NCBI GenBank assembly: GCA_903916595.1
Contig: CAIWXI010000055.1
Span: 7,870 to 71,869 of the forward strand
Origin: an uncultured Bacteroidales bacterium
GTDB taxonomy: Bacteria; Bacteroidota; Bacteroidia; Bacteroidales; FEN-979
Length of the DNA: 64,000 bases
Reading direction: 5' to 3'
Shown piece by piece: positions 27,395 to 37,199 of this stretch (positions within the stretch are counted from its first letter, which is position 1; every line of letters starts with the position of its first letter). The notes beneath the pieces are model-generated. The model was not told the DNA's origin and made no database searches. It worked only from the letters and a program-made list of their open reading frames with translations. A program made the position numbers and the translations under genes.

Positions 27395-28201
27395 ATGATT
27401 GGCCGGCAGATTTTCAGAAAAACGTCGCTTGAGAAAATGATGACCCCCGAGGACCTGGATGAATTATTGCAGGTCAACCCGACCAGGACATGGCTGATGT
27501 TTGCAGGTATAGGTGTTGTTATTGCCGGGATGCTGGCCTGGGGAATCCTTGGGTCGGTAACGCAGTATGTGAAAGGATTCGGGATCATCAAGACCCGGGA
27601 GCTGCCCCGGGAGGTAGTATCGGTTTGTTCGGGGCAGGTTGATTCGATTTTCTGTAAGACCGGTGATGAGGTTGCCCAGGGCCAAAAATTGTTAATGATT
27701 CTCCAGCTGCACGAACAAACAGGTGTAACTATTTTCGCTTCCTGCCCGGGCGAAATCACCGGACTGAATGTCAGGGAAGGCACTTATGTTGAAACGGGCG
27801 CTCCAGTGCTTGAGATGATGCGAAATGAAGGCCATACCGGGACCTTTCCCGAGGTGATCTTCTTTGTGGAGGAACAGGAGGTTTCAAAGCTGAAAAAGGG
27901 GATGGTTTCCAACCTGCAAATTGATAAGGGGGGAGTGCCTCCTGAATTTTTAAATGCGGTGATCAATTTTATTGCTGATTACCCGGTTTCGAAAAATTCA
28001 ATCCAAAAATATTTTCCGGATGAGGAAATAACGAAGCAACTCAGCAACAGGGATTTCCATGAAGTCAGGGCAAGCCTGATTATCGATACGGTCGGGAAAA
28101 CGGCCCGCGCAAAGGAGGCTCTGCATTCATTAAACGGCCTATCCTGCCGCACTGTTACCACAGTGGCCCGCCGAAGTCCGGTTGCTTATCTTTTAAACTG
28201 A
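27395..28201 (+). CDS. HlyD-family membrane-fusion/adaptor protein of the NHLP bacteriocin export system, unusually short
   Basis: N-terminal TM segment (WLMFAGIGVVIAGMLAWGILG). The split lipoyl-like halves GQVDSIFCKTGDEVAQGQKLLMI and GEITGLNVREGTYVETGAPVLEM are only about 16 aa apart. It is the first gene of the exporter trio. Confidence 0.65.
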   Translation: MIGRQIFRKTSLEKMMTPEDLDELLQVNPTRTWLMFAGIGVVIAGMLAWGILGSVTQYVKGFGIIKTRELPREVVSVCSGQVDSIFCKTGDEVAQGQKLLMILQLHEQTGVTIFASCPGEITGLNVREGTYVETGAPVLEMMRNEGHTGTFPEVIFFVEEQEVSKLKKGMVSNLQIDKGGVPPEFLNAVINFIADYPVSKNSIQKYFPDEEITKQLSNRDFHEVRASLIIDTVGKTARAKEALHSLNGLSCRTVTTVARRSPVAYLLN

Positions 28202-28224
28202 TCAGGCTAATCATACTCTTCTGC

Positions 28225-30423
28225 ATGAGCTTTGAACCGATTCACTTCCTTCATTCAGTTTACTGCCGGCTTGCAGGTATAAGGCGGGTTAAAACTCCCA
28301 CGGTTCTGCAGATGGAGGCCCTGGAATGCGGGGCAGCTTCTCTGGGGATCGTATTGGCCTGCTTCGGGAAGAATGTTCCCCTCGAAAAGCTGAGGGTCGA
28401 CTGCGGTGTATCACGCGACGGGAGCTCGGCAAGCAACATCTCCAAAGCAGCAAGGAATTATGGCCTGGAAGTAAAGGCTTATAAAAAAGAGCCGGAAGAA
28501 CTTAAAAAGCTTCCTCTCCCGATGATCGTATTCTGGAATTTTTACCATTTCCTGGTTGTCGAAGGGTTTGGGAAAAACAAAGTTTACCTAAACGACCCGG
28601 CTTCCGGCCCACGTACGGTGGACTATAAAACCTTTGATGAATCCTTTACAGGAGTGGTATTGACTTTTAAACCCGGACCCGGATTTCAGAAAGAAGGCGA
28701 AAAAACGAAGTTTCTTCCCTTGTTGCTGAAATGGTTAAAAGGGTATGGAAACAGCCTGTTGTTCCTTTTCCTTGTAGGACTTGCCCTTATTATCCCCGGA
28801 CTGGCCATCCCGGTATTTTCAAAAATATTTGTCGACCAGATCCTGATCCGGCATACGGAAGCCTGGATCGTTCCCCTGCTTACAGGCATTGCAATTACTA
28901 CCATACTACGTGCTCTGTTGTCGTGGTTGCAGCAGCATAGCCTGGTACGATTGGAAATGAGTCTTTCACTTAAGAATTCCTCGAAATTTCTCTGGCACGT
29001 ACTCCATCTTCCAATGTCGTTTCATAACCAGCGGCCGGCCGGTGATATTACCATGCGGGTAAACATCAACGACCAGATTGCCATGCTGCTTTCGGGGCAG
29101 CTTGGCAATACTTTCCTGAATTTATTCATGATCGCATTTTACGCGGCCCTGATGTGTTATTACAGCCTTCCGCTGGCTGCGGTTGCCATTTTCATCTCAC
29201 TGGTAAACCTTCTCGCACTGAGATATATTTCAAGGAAACGGGTTGATTCAAATCAAAAACTCCTGCAGGATAACGGCCGTTTATTCGGGCTTTCTTCTTC
29301 AGGTTTGCAGATGATAGAGTCATTAAAAGCAACAGCTTCCGAATCGGAATTTTTCTCACGCTGGGCCGGCTACCAGGCAAAATTGCTGAACATCCAGCAG
29401 AGACTGGGGGTGCTTACCCAGACCCTGCAGGTAATCCCTGTATTTCTTACTACTCTGAGCACCCTGGTGATACTGTTTCTCGGGTCACATTATATTATCA
29501 GCGGGGTGATAACTGTGGGTACTTTTGTCGCATTCCAGTCGCTGATGGCCAGTTTTAATCAGCCTATCGTAGCCCTGGTTAACCTTGGAAGCGCACTGCA
29601 GGATGTGCAGGGAGGGCTGAAACGGATAGAGGATGTTTATAATTATCCTACAGGCCAGCCGGATGCTGATGCAACTGAATCTCAAAAAGCCGGAAAAGTT
29701 TTAAAACTGCAGGGATCGGTTGAACTTAAGGATGTGACGTTTGGTTACAGCCCGCTGGATTCGCCCCTGATCACTGGTTTTTCTCTGCACCTGAACCCGG
29801 GATCCAGGGTCGCTATCGTTGGAAGGACCGGTTGCGGAAAGTCGACCATGGCCAACCTGGTCAGCGGATTGTATGATCCATGGAAAGGAGAGATACTGTT
29901 TGACGGCAAACCCAGAGAGAGCTTTTCTCATACTACCCTGAATAATTCCATTTCCATGGTCGATCAGAACCTCTTCCTTTTTGAAGGAACTGCCAAGGAG
30001 AATATTACTTTCTGGGATCAGACCATTGCCGACAAAGATGTAATACAGGCGGCTAAAGACGCCTGCATTCATGAAGACATTGCGGCCAGACCCGGAGCAT
30101 ATGAAAGCATGATATCCGAAAACGGGAGGAATCTGAGCGGGGGTCAGAGGCAGCGGATCGAAATTGCAAGGGCGCTTGCCACCAAACCATCTGTATTGAT
30201 ACTTGATGAGGCCACCAGTGCCCTGGATGCAAAGACAGAGCAGATGATAGATATCAATATCCGTAAAAAAGGATGCACCTGCCTCATCATCGCTCACCGC
30301 CTGAGCACGATCCGTGACTGCGACGAAATCATCGTGATGGACAGGGGGAGGATAGTGCAAAGAGGAACCCACCAGGAACTGATAATCCAGCAGGGATTAT
30401 ATAACGAACTGATCAAAGAATAA
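28225..30423 (+). CDS. bacteriocin-processing ABC transporter with N-terminal C39 peptidase domain (double-glycine leader cleavage/export)
   Basis: C39 motifs QMEALECGAASLG (Cys), NFYHFLVVEG (His) and NDPASG. There is a 6-TM ABC membrane domain, Walker A GRTGCGKST, signature LSGGQRQRIEIARAL and Walker B LILDEATSALD. Confidence 0.9.
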   Translation: MSFEPIHFLHSVYCRLAGIRRVKTPTVLQMEALECGAASLGIVLACFGKNVPLEKLRVDCGVSRDGSSASNISKAARNYGLEVKAYKKEPEELKKLPLPMIVFWNFYHFLVVEGFGKNKVYLNDPASGPRTVDYKTFDESFTGVVLTFKPGPGFQKEGEKTKFLPLLLKWLKGYGNSLLFLFLVGLALIIPGLAIPVFSKIFVDQILIRHTEAWIVPLLTGIAITTILRALLSWLQQHSLVRLEMSLSLKNSSKFLWHVLHLPMSFHNQRPAGDITMRVNINDQIAMLLSGQLGNTFLNLFMIAFYAALMCYYSLPLAAVAIFISLVNLLALRYISRKRVDSNQKLLQDNGRLFGLSSSGLQMIESLKATASESEFFSRWAGYQAKLLNIQQRLGVLTQTLQVIPVFLTTLSTLVILFLGSHYIISGVITVGTFVAFQSLMASFNQPIVALVNLGSALQDVQGGLKRIEDVYNYPTGQPDADATESQKAGKVLKLQGSVELKDVTFGYSPLDSPLITGFSLHLNPGSRVAIVGRTGCGKSTMANLVSGLYDPWKGEILFDGKPRESFSHTTLNNSISMVDQNLFLFEGTAKENITFWDQTIADKDVIQAAKDACIHEDIAARPGAYESMISENGRNLSGGQRQRIEIARALATKPSVLILDEATSALDAKTEQMIDINIRKKGCTCLIIAHRLSTIRDCDEIIVMDRGRIVQRGTHQELIIQQGLYNELIKE

Positions 30424-30434
30424 GGATAGCTGCC

Positions 30435-33344
30435 ATGCCGCAAGAACTGTTTTCTGCAACAATTCGCAACAAGGGCCAAACGGTAAAAACCGGGGGGAAC
30501 CGGTCTTTCCTGTTGAATCAGCCTGAGTATGCCTGGTATTTTGCCCATGGTTACGCAGATGTTTTTTCTGTCAGGCTCGACCATGAGCAGCCCCGTGGTT
30601 CAAGGAATTATTTTTTCTCAGCCCGCCAGGGGGAATTTCTTTTTGGCATCAGCAGCAAGCATTCGGGCGATGAACGCAGTTTGATTGCCTCTCCTTCTCC
30701 GGATGCGGAAATCATTATGATCAGTATGGATCAGGTCAAAGAGCTGTGGAGCCGGACTGAGTTTACTGCAATTTTTACAGGGATACTCGAACTCTGGATC
30801 ACCCATCTTTCCCTGGCTATTTCAAAAGATATCAACCCGCGTACTGATCTGCTGCTTGAAGCCCCCATTCCGGCCAGCGTGGATGCCCATCTGAAGATCC
30901 GCTCAAGAAAAGGAATTGTATGGACGGAATTCTTTTCCGGAAACGCCTTATTTCTGGGGATGAAGGAAATCATGGAATCCGGGGAACACCTGAAATTCCC
31001 GGTTTCACAGGATTCCTGGCTGCAGACCATGGAAACTTCTGAAATCAGGTCATTTCGAACAGCCGACATTTACTTGCTGGGAGAGCTCTGGAATTACCTT
31101 GAAAATTTTTATGCAGTAATTTTTTTCTGTGAATTTTTCATTACCCGTCTCACTGCTGTTGACGACTTCAACCGTTTGAACGAGAAAACTGTTCATAGCT
31201 CAAGGGTACGTTCCTCGGCTCTCCTTAACATTGCCTCGGTTATCAATGAGAAGCTGAGAAAATCATATATTGATACCGGTTACGATGCATTGCTCACCTC
31301 ATGCCGCATTATTGCTGATTATTCGGGGATTACCATCACCACACCCAAACAACCCAGAAGTGAGGAAGCCCCTCCGCTGAGCCTGAACGACATTTTGCGT
31401 TCTTCAAGGTTCAGGGCCCGAAAAGTAAAACTCACAGGCAAGTGGTGGGAAGAGGACCATGGACCCTTGCTGGCCTGGACAACAGATGAAAATCTTCCTG
31501 TTGCCCTGATCCCGAAATCTCCCGGGAAATATGAATATATCAGCCCGGGTGAAAATATAAGACAGCCTTTAACTTCGAAAACAGCCCTGCAGCTGGCCCC
31601 GGAAGCTCAACAGTTTTATCGTCCTTTCCCCGATCAGCCCATCGGAGGCATGCATCTGATCAGGTTTGGGCTGAAGAACTGCTTCCGGGATATCCTTCTC
31701 GTCATCTTGATGGGACTGGCAGGCGGCTTCCTCGCCTTACTTATCCCGGTGTTGACGGGAAACATCTTTGATGCTGTAATCCCCCAATCCGACTACCGGC
31801 AGTTATACGTTTTTTCGATGGTCATCTTTTTCAGCATTGTCGCTATTTCCCTGTTTCAGATGGTGAGGAGTTTCGCGATGATCAGGATAGAAACAAAGCT
31901 CGATTTTTCGCTGCAATCGGCATTATGGGACCGCCTGCTCAATTTACCCGTTTCCTTTTTCAGGAGATACCAGGCCGGCGATCTTGCTAATAAGGCAAAC
32001 GGCCTGATGATGCTGCGTAAAACACTTTCCGATACCGTGATTTACAGTGTGCTTGGCGCAGTTTTCATGCTGTTTAACTTTTTCCTGCTGTTTTTTTATG
32101 ACGTTGCTCTTACCTTGTATGTTTTTCTTTTCCTGGTCATATCCCTTCTCTTTATTTTTTATTTCGGGAAGCAGATCCAAAAGCGTCAGCAAATTATCAC
32201 TCAGCTTCAGGGCAGGATTTTCGGTATGCTGATCCAGTTTTTATCCAGTATCTCCAAGATAAAGATCGCCGGCGCTGAAGTCCATGCCTTTTCGCAATGG
32301 GCCATGAAGGTCTCGGTGGTTAAAAGACAAACCTATGAAGTAAGAAAGCTGTTTAAGGTGGTCTCCGTGTTTTCGATGGTAGTGCCCCTTGTAATCACAC
32401 TGTTTGTTATTGCGGTTATTTCCTGGCAGCCGCCAGATACACTCTCGACCGGTCAGTTCATGGGATTTTACACCGCATTGACTATGACCGTTGTATCGTT
32501 CTTTCAGTTTGGAATGGCCGTCATTTCGTTTTTCATGGCAATTCCGATGCTCGAAAGCATACGCCCGATACTGGAGGCTCTGCCCGAGAATATCGCCCTG
32601 AAGGAGGACATCAGGGAACTTTCAGGCGAAATTGAGGTTGCCAATGTCAGTTTCAGATACCAGCCTGATTTGCCCTTAGTGCTTCATGATGTTTCTTTAC
32701 ACATCCGGCCCGGAGAATTCGTAGCTATTGCTGGAGCTTCAGGTTCAGGAAAATCGACTTTATTACGCTTGCTGCTTGGCTTTGAATCACCCGAGGTCGG
32801 CTCAATATTTTATGACCGCCAGGATATTTCAGCATTTGATCCTGCATCAATAAGAAGGCAGGCCGGAACAGTGCTTCAGCAATCGCAGCTGTCGGTGGGG
32901 ACCCTGCTCACCAATATCACCGGCATGGGTAACGCGACGTTTGAAGATGCGTGGGAAGCAGCCCGGAATGTGGGCCTCGACGAGGACATCAAGCAAATGC
33001 CGATGGGGATGCACACCATGATTACAGGGGGATTGAGCACTATTTCAGGCGGTCAGTGTCAGCGCATCATGATCGCCCGGGCTATCGTGAACAAGCCCCG
33101 TATACTGTTCTTTGATGAAGCTACCAGCGCACTCGATAATAAAACCCAGAATATCGTCAGTAAAAGCCTTGAAACGCTCCAGGCCACGAGGGTGGTTATC
33201 GCCCATCGTCTGACTACGGTTCAGCATGCCGACCGGATTTACCTGATGGAACATGGAAGTATCGAAGAATCGGGAACCTATGAAGATCTGCTCAGAAAAG
33301 GCGGAAAATTCGCTGAACTGGTAAAGCGGCAGATGCTTGAATAA
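30435..33344 (+). CDS. second ABC permease/ATPase of the NHLP export system, with ~400-aa non-peptidase N-terminal extension
   Basis: Walker A GASGSGKST, signature ISGGQCQRIMIARAI and Walker B LFFDEATSALD. There is a TM domain. The N-terminal region lacks the C39 Cys motif, and as I recall such paralogues are described as cNMP-binding-like. Confidence 0.85.
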   Translation: MPQELFSATIRNKGQTVKTGGNRSFLLNQPEYAWYFAHGYADVFSVRLDHEQPRGSRNYFFSARQGEFLFGISSKHSGDERSLIASPSPDAEIIMISMDQVKELWSRTEFTAIFTGILELWITHLSLAISKDINPRTDLLLEAPIPASVDAHLKIRSRKGIVWTEFFSGNALFLGMKEIMESGEHLKFPVSQDSWLQTMETSEIRSFRTADIYLLGELWNYLENFYAVIFFCEFFITRLTAVDDFNRLNEKTVHSSRVRSSALLNIASVINEKLRKSYIDTGYDALLTSCRIIADYSGITITTPKQPRSEEAPPLSLNDILRSSRFRARKVKLTGKWWEEDHGPLLAWTTDENLPVALIPKSPGKYEYISPGENIRQPLTSKTALQLAPEAQQFYRPFPDQPIGGMHLIRFGLKNCFRDILLVILMGLAGGFLALLIPVLTGNIFDAVIPQSDYRQLYVFSMVIFFSIVAISLFQMVRSFAMIRIETKLDFSLQSALWDRLLNLPVSFFRRYQAGDLANKANGLMMLRKTLSDTVIYSVLGAVFMLFNFFLLFFYDVALTLYVFLFLVISLLFIFYFGKQIQKRQQIITQLQGRIFGMLIQFLSSISKIKIAGAEVHAFSQWAMKVSVVKRQTYEVRKLFKVVSVFSMVVPLVITLFVIAVISWQPPDTLSTGQFMGFYTALTMTVVSFFQFGMAVISFFMAIPMLESIRPILEALPENIALKEDIRELSGEIEVANVSFRYQPDLPLVLHDVSLHIRPGEFVAIAGASGSGKSTLLRLLLGFESPEVGSIFYDRQDISAFDPASIRRQAGTVLQQSQLSVGTLLTNITGMGNATFEDAWEAARNVGLDEDIKQMPMGMHTMITGGLSTISGGQCQRIMIARAIVNKPRILFFDEATSALDNKTQNIVSKSLETLQATRVVIAHRLTTVQHADRIYLMEHGSIEESGTYEDLLRKGGKFAELVKRQMLE

Positions 33345-33770
33345 TTAATGAGGCCCTTCCCGACGGCGGTTTTTCATCTCTTCAACCATTTTCAGGTATT
33401 CTTTAAACTGAGTATCTGTTAGAATACCTTTCAGATCTTTCTCTTTCTGGGTCTGGAAGTTCTTCATAGTCTTGCGCTGAACGGCCGTATCTGCGATATT
33501 CCTGGCATCTCCTATTCTCTTTGCATATTTGAGGTTGATGTCGGCTACCTTTGGTTCCTGAGCTGCAGTAAGGTTCAACTGTGTTTTCATCATCTCGGTC
33601 TGACGTTTCGCACGATCTTCGGGGGTAGGTCCACCTTGTCCCTGTCCACGGCCTCCCTGCTGGGCAAAACCAGATGTTCCAAGCACCAGTACAAAGAGCA
33701 ATGCAAAAAGCCTCAATACGGCCGATGAAAGACAATTTTGTCGCTGCATGTTTTTAGAATGTGTTTTCAT
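33345..33770 (-). CDS. small periplasmic helical protein (DUF4890/Spy-like)
   Basis: Signal peptide, a Gly/Gln-rich linker, then charged helical repeats (LTAAQEPKV...LTDTQFKEYLKM). Confidence 0.55.
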   Translation of the reverse strand: MKTHSKNMQRQNCLSSAVLRLFALLFVLVLGTSGFAQQGGRGQGQGGPTPEDRAKRQTEMMKTQLNLTAAQEPKVADINLKYAKRIGDARNIADTAVQRKTMKNFQTQKEKDLKGILTDTQFKEYLKMVEEMKNRRREGPH

Positions 33771-33811
33771 GGTTTTTTTAGATGTTCAAATTTCGGTTAA
33801 TAATTTTATAA

Positions 33812-35440
33812 TTATGATAATGTGCGCATGTTTTCGAGTTTTTTCTTCGCAAGGAAACTATGAATATCGCCCAGGTGTTCTCTTATTCGTTTGTCGCCGA
33901 ATTCGTAGACCTTCGAAACCAGGCCATCCAGAAAATCACGGTCGTGAGAAACAAGGATGAGCGTACCATCATACTCTCTCAACGCATTTTTCAGGATATC
34001 TTTTGTGCGCAGGTCAAGATGATTGGTAGGCTCATCAAGGATGAGCAGGTTCACCGGTTCAAGCAGCAGCTTGATCATGGCAAGCCGGGTGCGTTCTCCG
34101 CCCGACAGCACCTTTACTTTCTTGTTCCAGTCGTCACCCCCGAACATGAAAGCGCCGAGAAGGTCTCTGATCCTGGCGCGGATATCGCCTTTGGCCACGT
34201 CATCAATGGTTTCAAATACCGTAATTTCTTCGTTCAGCAGCGATGCTTCATTCTGTGCGAAATACCCGATCATGGTATTGTGGCCGATGGTAAATTTACC
34301 ATCGTGAGTGGTTTCGCCCATCATGATCTTTACCAGGGTTGATTTGCCTTCCCCGTTTTTGCCCACGAATGCAACACGTTCCCCGCGCTGAATACTGAAC
34401 GAAGCGTTCGCGAATACAGTATGAGCTCCATAGCTTTTCGAAACCCCTTCGAGTATCACCGGGTAACTCCCCGAACGTGGTGATGGCGGGAATCTGAGAC
34501 GAAGGGTGGAGGTATCTTCCTCGTCTATTTCAACTATAGTGATCTTTTCCAGCATCTTAACCCTTGACTGAACCTGGTTGGTTTTCGAATAGGTCCCCTT
34601 GAACCTATCGATAAAATCCTGGTTGTCGGCAATGAATTTCTGCTGTTCATTATACTGTTTTTGCTGTTGTTCGCGTCTTTCAACACGTAGGCCGAGATAT
34701 GTTGAATAATTCACCTTGTAATCATAGATCCGACCCAGGGTCACTTCGATGGTGCGGGTGGTGATATTATCAACAAAGGCACGGTCGTGAGAGATAACGA
34801 TCACGGCTTTGGCGCTATTTATAAGGAAATCTTCGAACCATTGGATCGACTCAATATCCATGTGGTTAGTAGGTTCGTCAAGAAGGAGTAAATCGGGCTT
34901 CTGGAGCAGGATCTTGGCAAGTTCAAGGCGCATTCGCCAGCCCCCGCTGAACTCGCCCGTGGGCCTGGTGAAATCTTCCCGAACGAACCCCAGGCCAAGC
35001 AGTATTTTTTCTACTTCAGCATCGTAGTTGGTTTCTGCCATGGAATAAAATTTTTCGCTTAAGGACGAAACCTGTTCTATCAGTTCATAATATCCGGCCG
35101 ATTCATAATCGGTACGGGTTGAAAGCTGGTTATTGAGCTCTGCGATTTCGCGTTCCATATCAAGGACATGCGAAAAGGCCTGGGCCGCTTCTTCAAAAAC
35201 CGTGCGGCTGTCGACCGTAAGCAGGTGCTGAGGCAGGTAAGCGATTACAGCGTCTTTAGGTGAAGACACCTTGCCTCGTGTAGGTGTTTTATTGCCTGCA
35301 ATTATTTTAAGAAGAGTAGATTTTCCCGCGCCATTCTTACCCATGAGCGCAATCCTGTCCTTGTCGTTAATCGCAAAGGATATATCCTTAAAAAGTGTTG
35401 TCCCTCCAAACTCAACTGTAAGCCCGTCAACTGAAATCAT
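33812..35440 (-). CDS. ABC-F family ATPase (two ABC cassettes, no TM domain)
   Basis: Two Walker A sites (GKNGAGKST, GKNGEGKST), two signatures (FSGGWRMRLELA, LSGGERTRLAMI) and an inter-domain linker. Confidence 0.9.
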   Translation of the reverse strand: MISVDGLTVEFGGTTLFKDISFAINDKDRIALMGKNGAGKSTLLKIIAGNKTPTRGKVSSPKDAVIAYLPQHLLTVDSRTVFEEAAQAFSHVLDMEREIAELNNQLSTRTDYESAGYYELIEQVSSLSEKFYSMAETNYDAEVEKILLGLGFVREDFTRPTGEFSGGWRMRLELAKILLQKPDLLLLDEPTNHMDIESIQWFEDFLINSAKAVIVISHDRAFVDNITTRTIEVTLGRIYDYKVNYSTYLGLRVERREQQQKQYNEQQKFIADNQDFIDRFKGTYSKTNQVQSRVKMLEKITIVEIDEEDTSTLRLRFPPSPRSGSYPVILEGVSKSYGAHTVFANASFSIQRGERVAFVGKNGEGKSTLVKIMMGETTHDGKFTIGHNTMIGYFAQNEASLLNEEITVFETIDDVAKGDIRARIRDLLGAFMFGGDDWNKKVKVLSGGERTRLAMIKLLLEPVNLLILDEPTNHLDLRTKDILKNALREYDGTLILVSHDRDFLDGLVSKVYEFGDKRIREHLGDIHSFLAKKKLENMRTLS

Positions 35441-35472
35441 CCCCTATCATTTAATGGAATTGCAAAGATACC

Positions 35473-35480
35473 TATCTTTG
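35473..35480 (+). promoter_or_regulatory. -7-type promoter box TATCTTTG upstream of the decarboxylase gene
   Basis: TAnnTTTG match 48 nt upstream of ATG 35529. Confidence 0.4.
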
Positions 35481-35528
35481 TTTCAGAAAAAGTAATACAT
35501 CCATCATCTTAATCAACCGAAAGAATTT

Positions 35529-37196
35529 ATGAATGAGAATTATACTGTTTCCCGTTATATTCTGCATCGACTGCAGGAGATAGGAATAAAGCACATTTTC
35601 GGGGTTCCCGGAGATTATAACCTCGATTTTCTTGACGATGTTGTTGTGAGTCCTATACAGTGGGTTGGAAATTGCAACGAGCTGAATGCCGGTTACGCGG
35701 CCGACGGGTATGCCCGTCTTAACGGGGTTGGAGCCGCGGTGGTGACCTATGGCGTGGGAGGTTTCAGTATTTTAAATGCCGTGGCAGGCGCTTTTGCAGA
35801 GTGTGTGCCCATTATCGTGATCAGCGGGGCACCCCCGGGACACCGCAGGGAATCAGGCGCCATGGTACATCACCTGATTTCCAATTATTACCTTCAGCTT
35901 GATATTTTCAAAAAAATTACAACAGATGCAGCCCTTCTCACCAATCCCGACACGGCTCCTGACGAGATTGACCGGGTAATCAGGAATTGCATGGCAAACA
36001 AACTTCCAGCCTACCTTGAGCTTCCTTCCGACATGGTTAATGTCCCTTGCCGGGCACCCGGGGATATGCTGTTTTCGAAACCCCCGGTTTCCAAAGCCGA
36101 TAGCCTTGCAGAGTGCGTTGCAGAAGCAGCGGAAATGCTTAAAAAGGCTAATAATCCGCTGATCCTGGCCGGCGTGGAACTACTCCGCTTCGGACTTGGA
36201 GCCGGGGCCCTTCGCCTGGTTGAAAGCATTGAAATTCCATTTGCCACTATGCTTAGCAGTAAATCGGTATTGCCTGAGCTTCATCCCCAGTTCGTCGGCA
36301 TTTACCAGGGAGGATGGAGCCGCCCGGCCGTTCGCGGTCAGGTGGAAGATTCCGACTGCCTGCTTTCACTCGGGACCTGGATGACAGACCTTGATACGGG
36401 TTTGTTCAGCATGAAGCTCGATGAACGGCGGATGATTACCGTGGGTGGAGGACAGGTGCGTATAGGGAACCATTATTATCACCAGGTCCAGTTGGGCGAT
36501 TTTATCAGGGAACTGTCGCTGGTAGCTCAGCCCCGTTCCTACCTCGCTTCCCACCCGGCTGAATCATACCGCCCAAACGAGACCTTTGTGCCTGAACCTC
36601 ACTGTAAACTCTCCGCGGCAAGGCTTTACGAATGTATTAACTACCATCTCGACGACCGGATGGTACTCCTTGCAGAACCCGGGGATGCTTTTTGCGCAAG
36701 CCCGGAATTTCATATCGAAGAAGCAGAGAACTTTATCGTGCAGGCTTATTATTGCTCTATAGGGTATTGTACTCCTGCAGCTTTGGGCGTGGCTCTGGCG
36801 CGACCCGGAAAAAGGCCGGTCGTCTTATCCGGCGACGGGGCCTTCCAGATGACGGCTCAGGAAATTTCAACCCTGATCAGGGAACGCTGCCCTGCCGTGA
36901 TCGTGATCATCAACAACGACGGTTATCTTATCGAACGCTACCTTCATAAAGACGGGCCTTACAACGATATACAGATGTGGCAGTATTCAAAACTGCCAGG
37001 AGTCTTTGGCGATGGATCGTTCGTGTCGACGTTCAAGGTTACAAACGAGGAAGAGCTGGAATTTGCAATGAAAACTGCTGTAGCTGAGACCGGCAAACTT
37101 GTATTTATCGAAGTCTGCCTTCCCGACCGTGATTGTTCATCAGGTCTGGATCGTTTGGGCAAGGCCTTCCACGAATCACAAAAAAAATCATCATAG
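35529..37196 (+). CDS. thiamine-diphosphate-dependent 2-keto-acid decarboxylase (indolepyruvate/phenylpyruvate/pyruvate decarboxylase family)
   Basis: N-terminus YTVSRYILHRLQEIGIKHIFGVPGDYNLDFLD and the TPP-binding motif GDGAFQMTAQE...NNDGY are typical of this family. Confidence 0.8.
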   Translation: MNENYTVSRYILHRLQEIGIKHIFGVPGDYNLDFLDDVVVSPIQWVGNCNELNAGYAADGYARLNGVGAAVVTYGVGGFSILNAVAGAFAECVPIIVISGAPPGHRRESGAMVHHLISNYYLQLDIFKKITTDAALLTNPDTAPDEIDRVIRNCMANKLPAYLELPSDMVNVPCRAPGDMLFSKPPVSKADSLAECVAEAAEMLKKANNPLILAGVELLRFGLGAGALRLVESIEIPFATMLSSKSVLPELHPQFVGIYQGGWSRPAVRGQVEDSDCLLSLGTWMTDLDTGLFSMKLDERRMITVGGGQVRIGNHYYHQVQLGDFIRELSLVAQPRSYLASHPAESYRPNETFVPEPHCKLSAARLYECINYHLDDRMVLLAEPGDAFCASPEFHIEEAENFIVQAYYCSIGYCTPAALGVALARPGKRPVVLSGDGAFQMTAQEISTLIRERCPAVIVIINNDGYLIERYLHKDGPYNDIQMWQYSKLPGVFGDGSFVSTFKVTNEEELEFAMKTAVAETGKLVFIEVCLPDRDCSSGLDRLGKAFHESQKKSS

Positions 37197-37199
37197 AAT

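Noticed and set aside
33403-33735. 110-aa ORF nested inside the small periplasmic protein gene on the same strand
   Set aside because: It is an alternative frame of the 33345-33770 gene. It has no signal peptide or recognisable features, and the outer ORF has a clear signal peptide.
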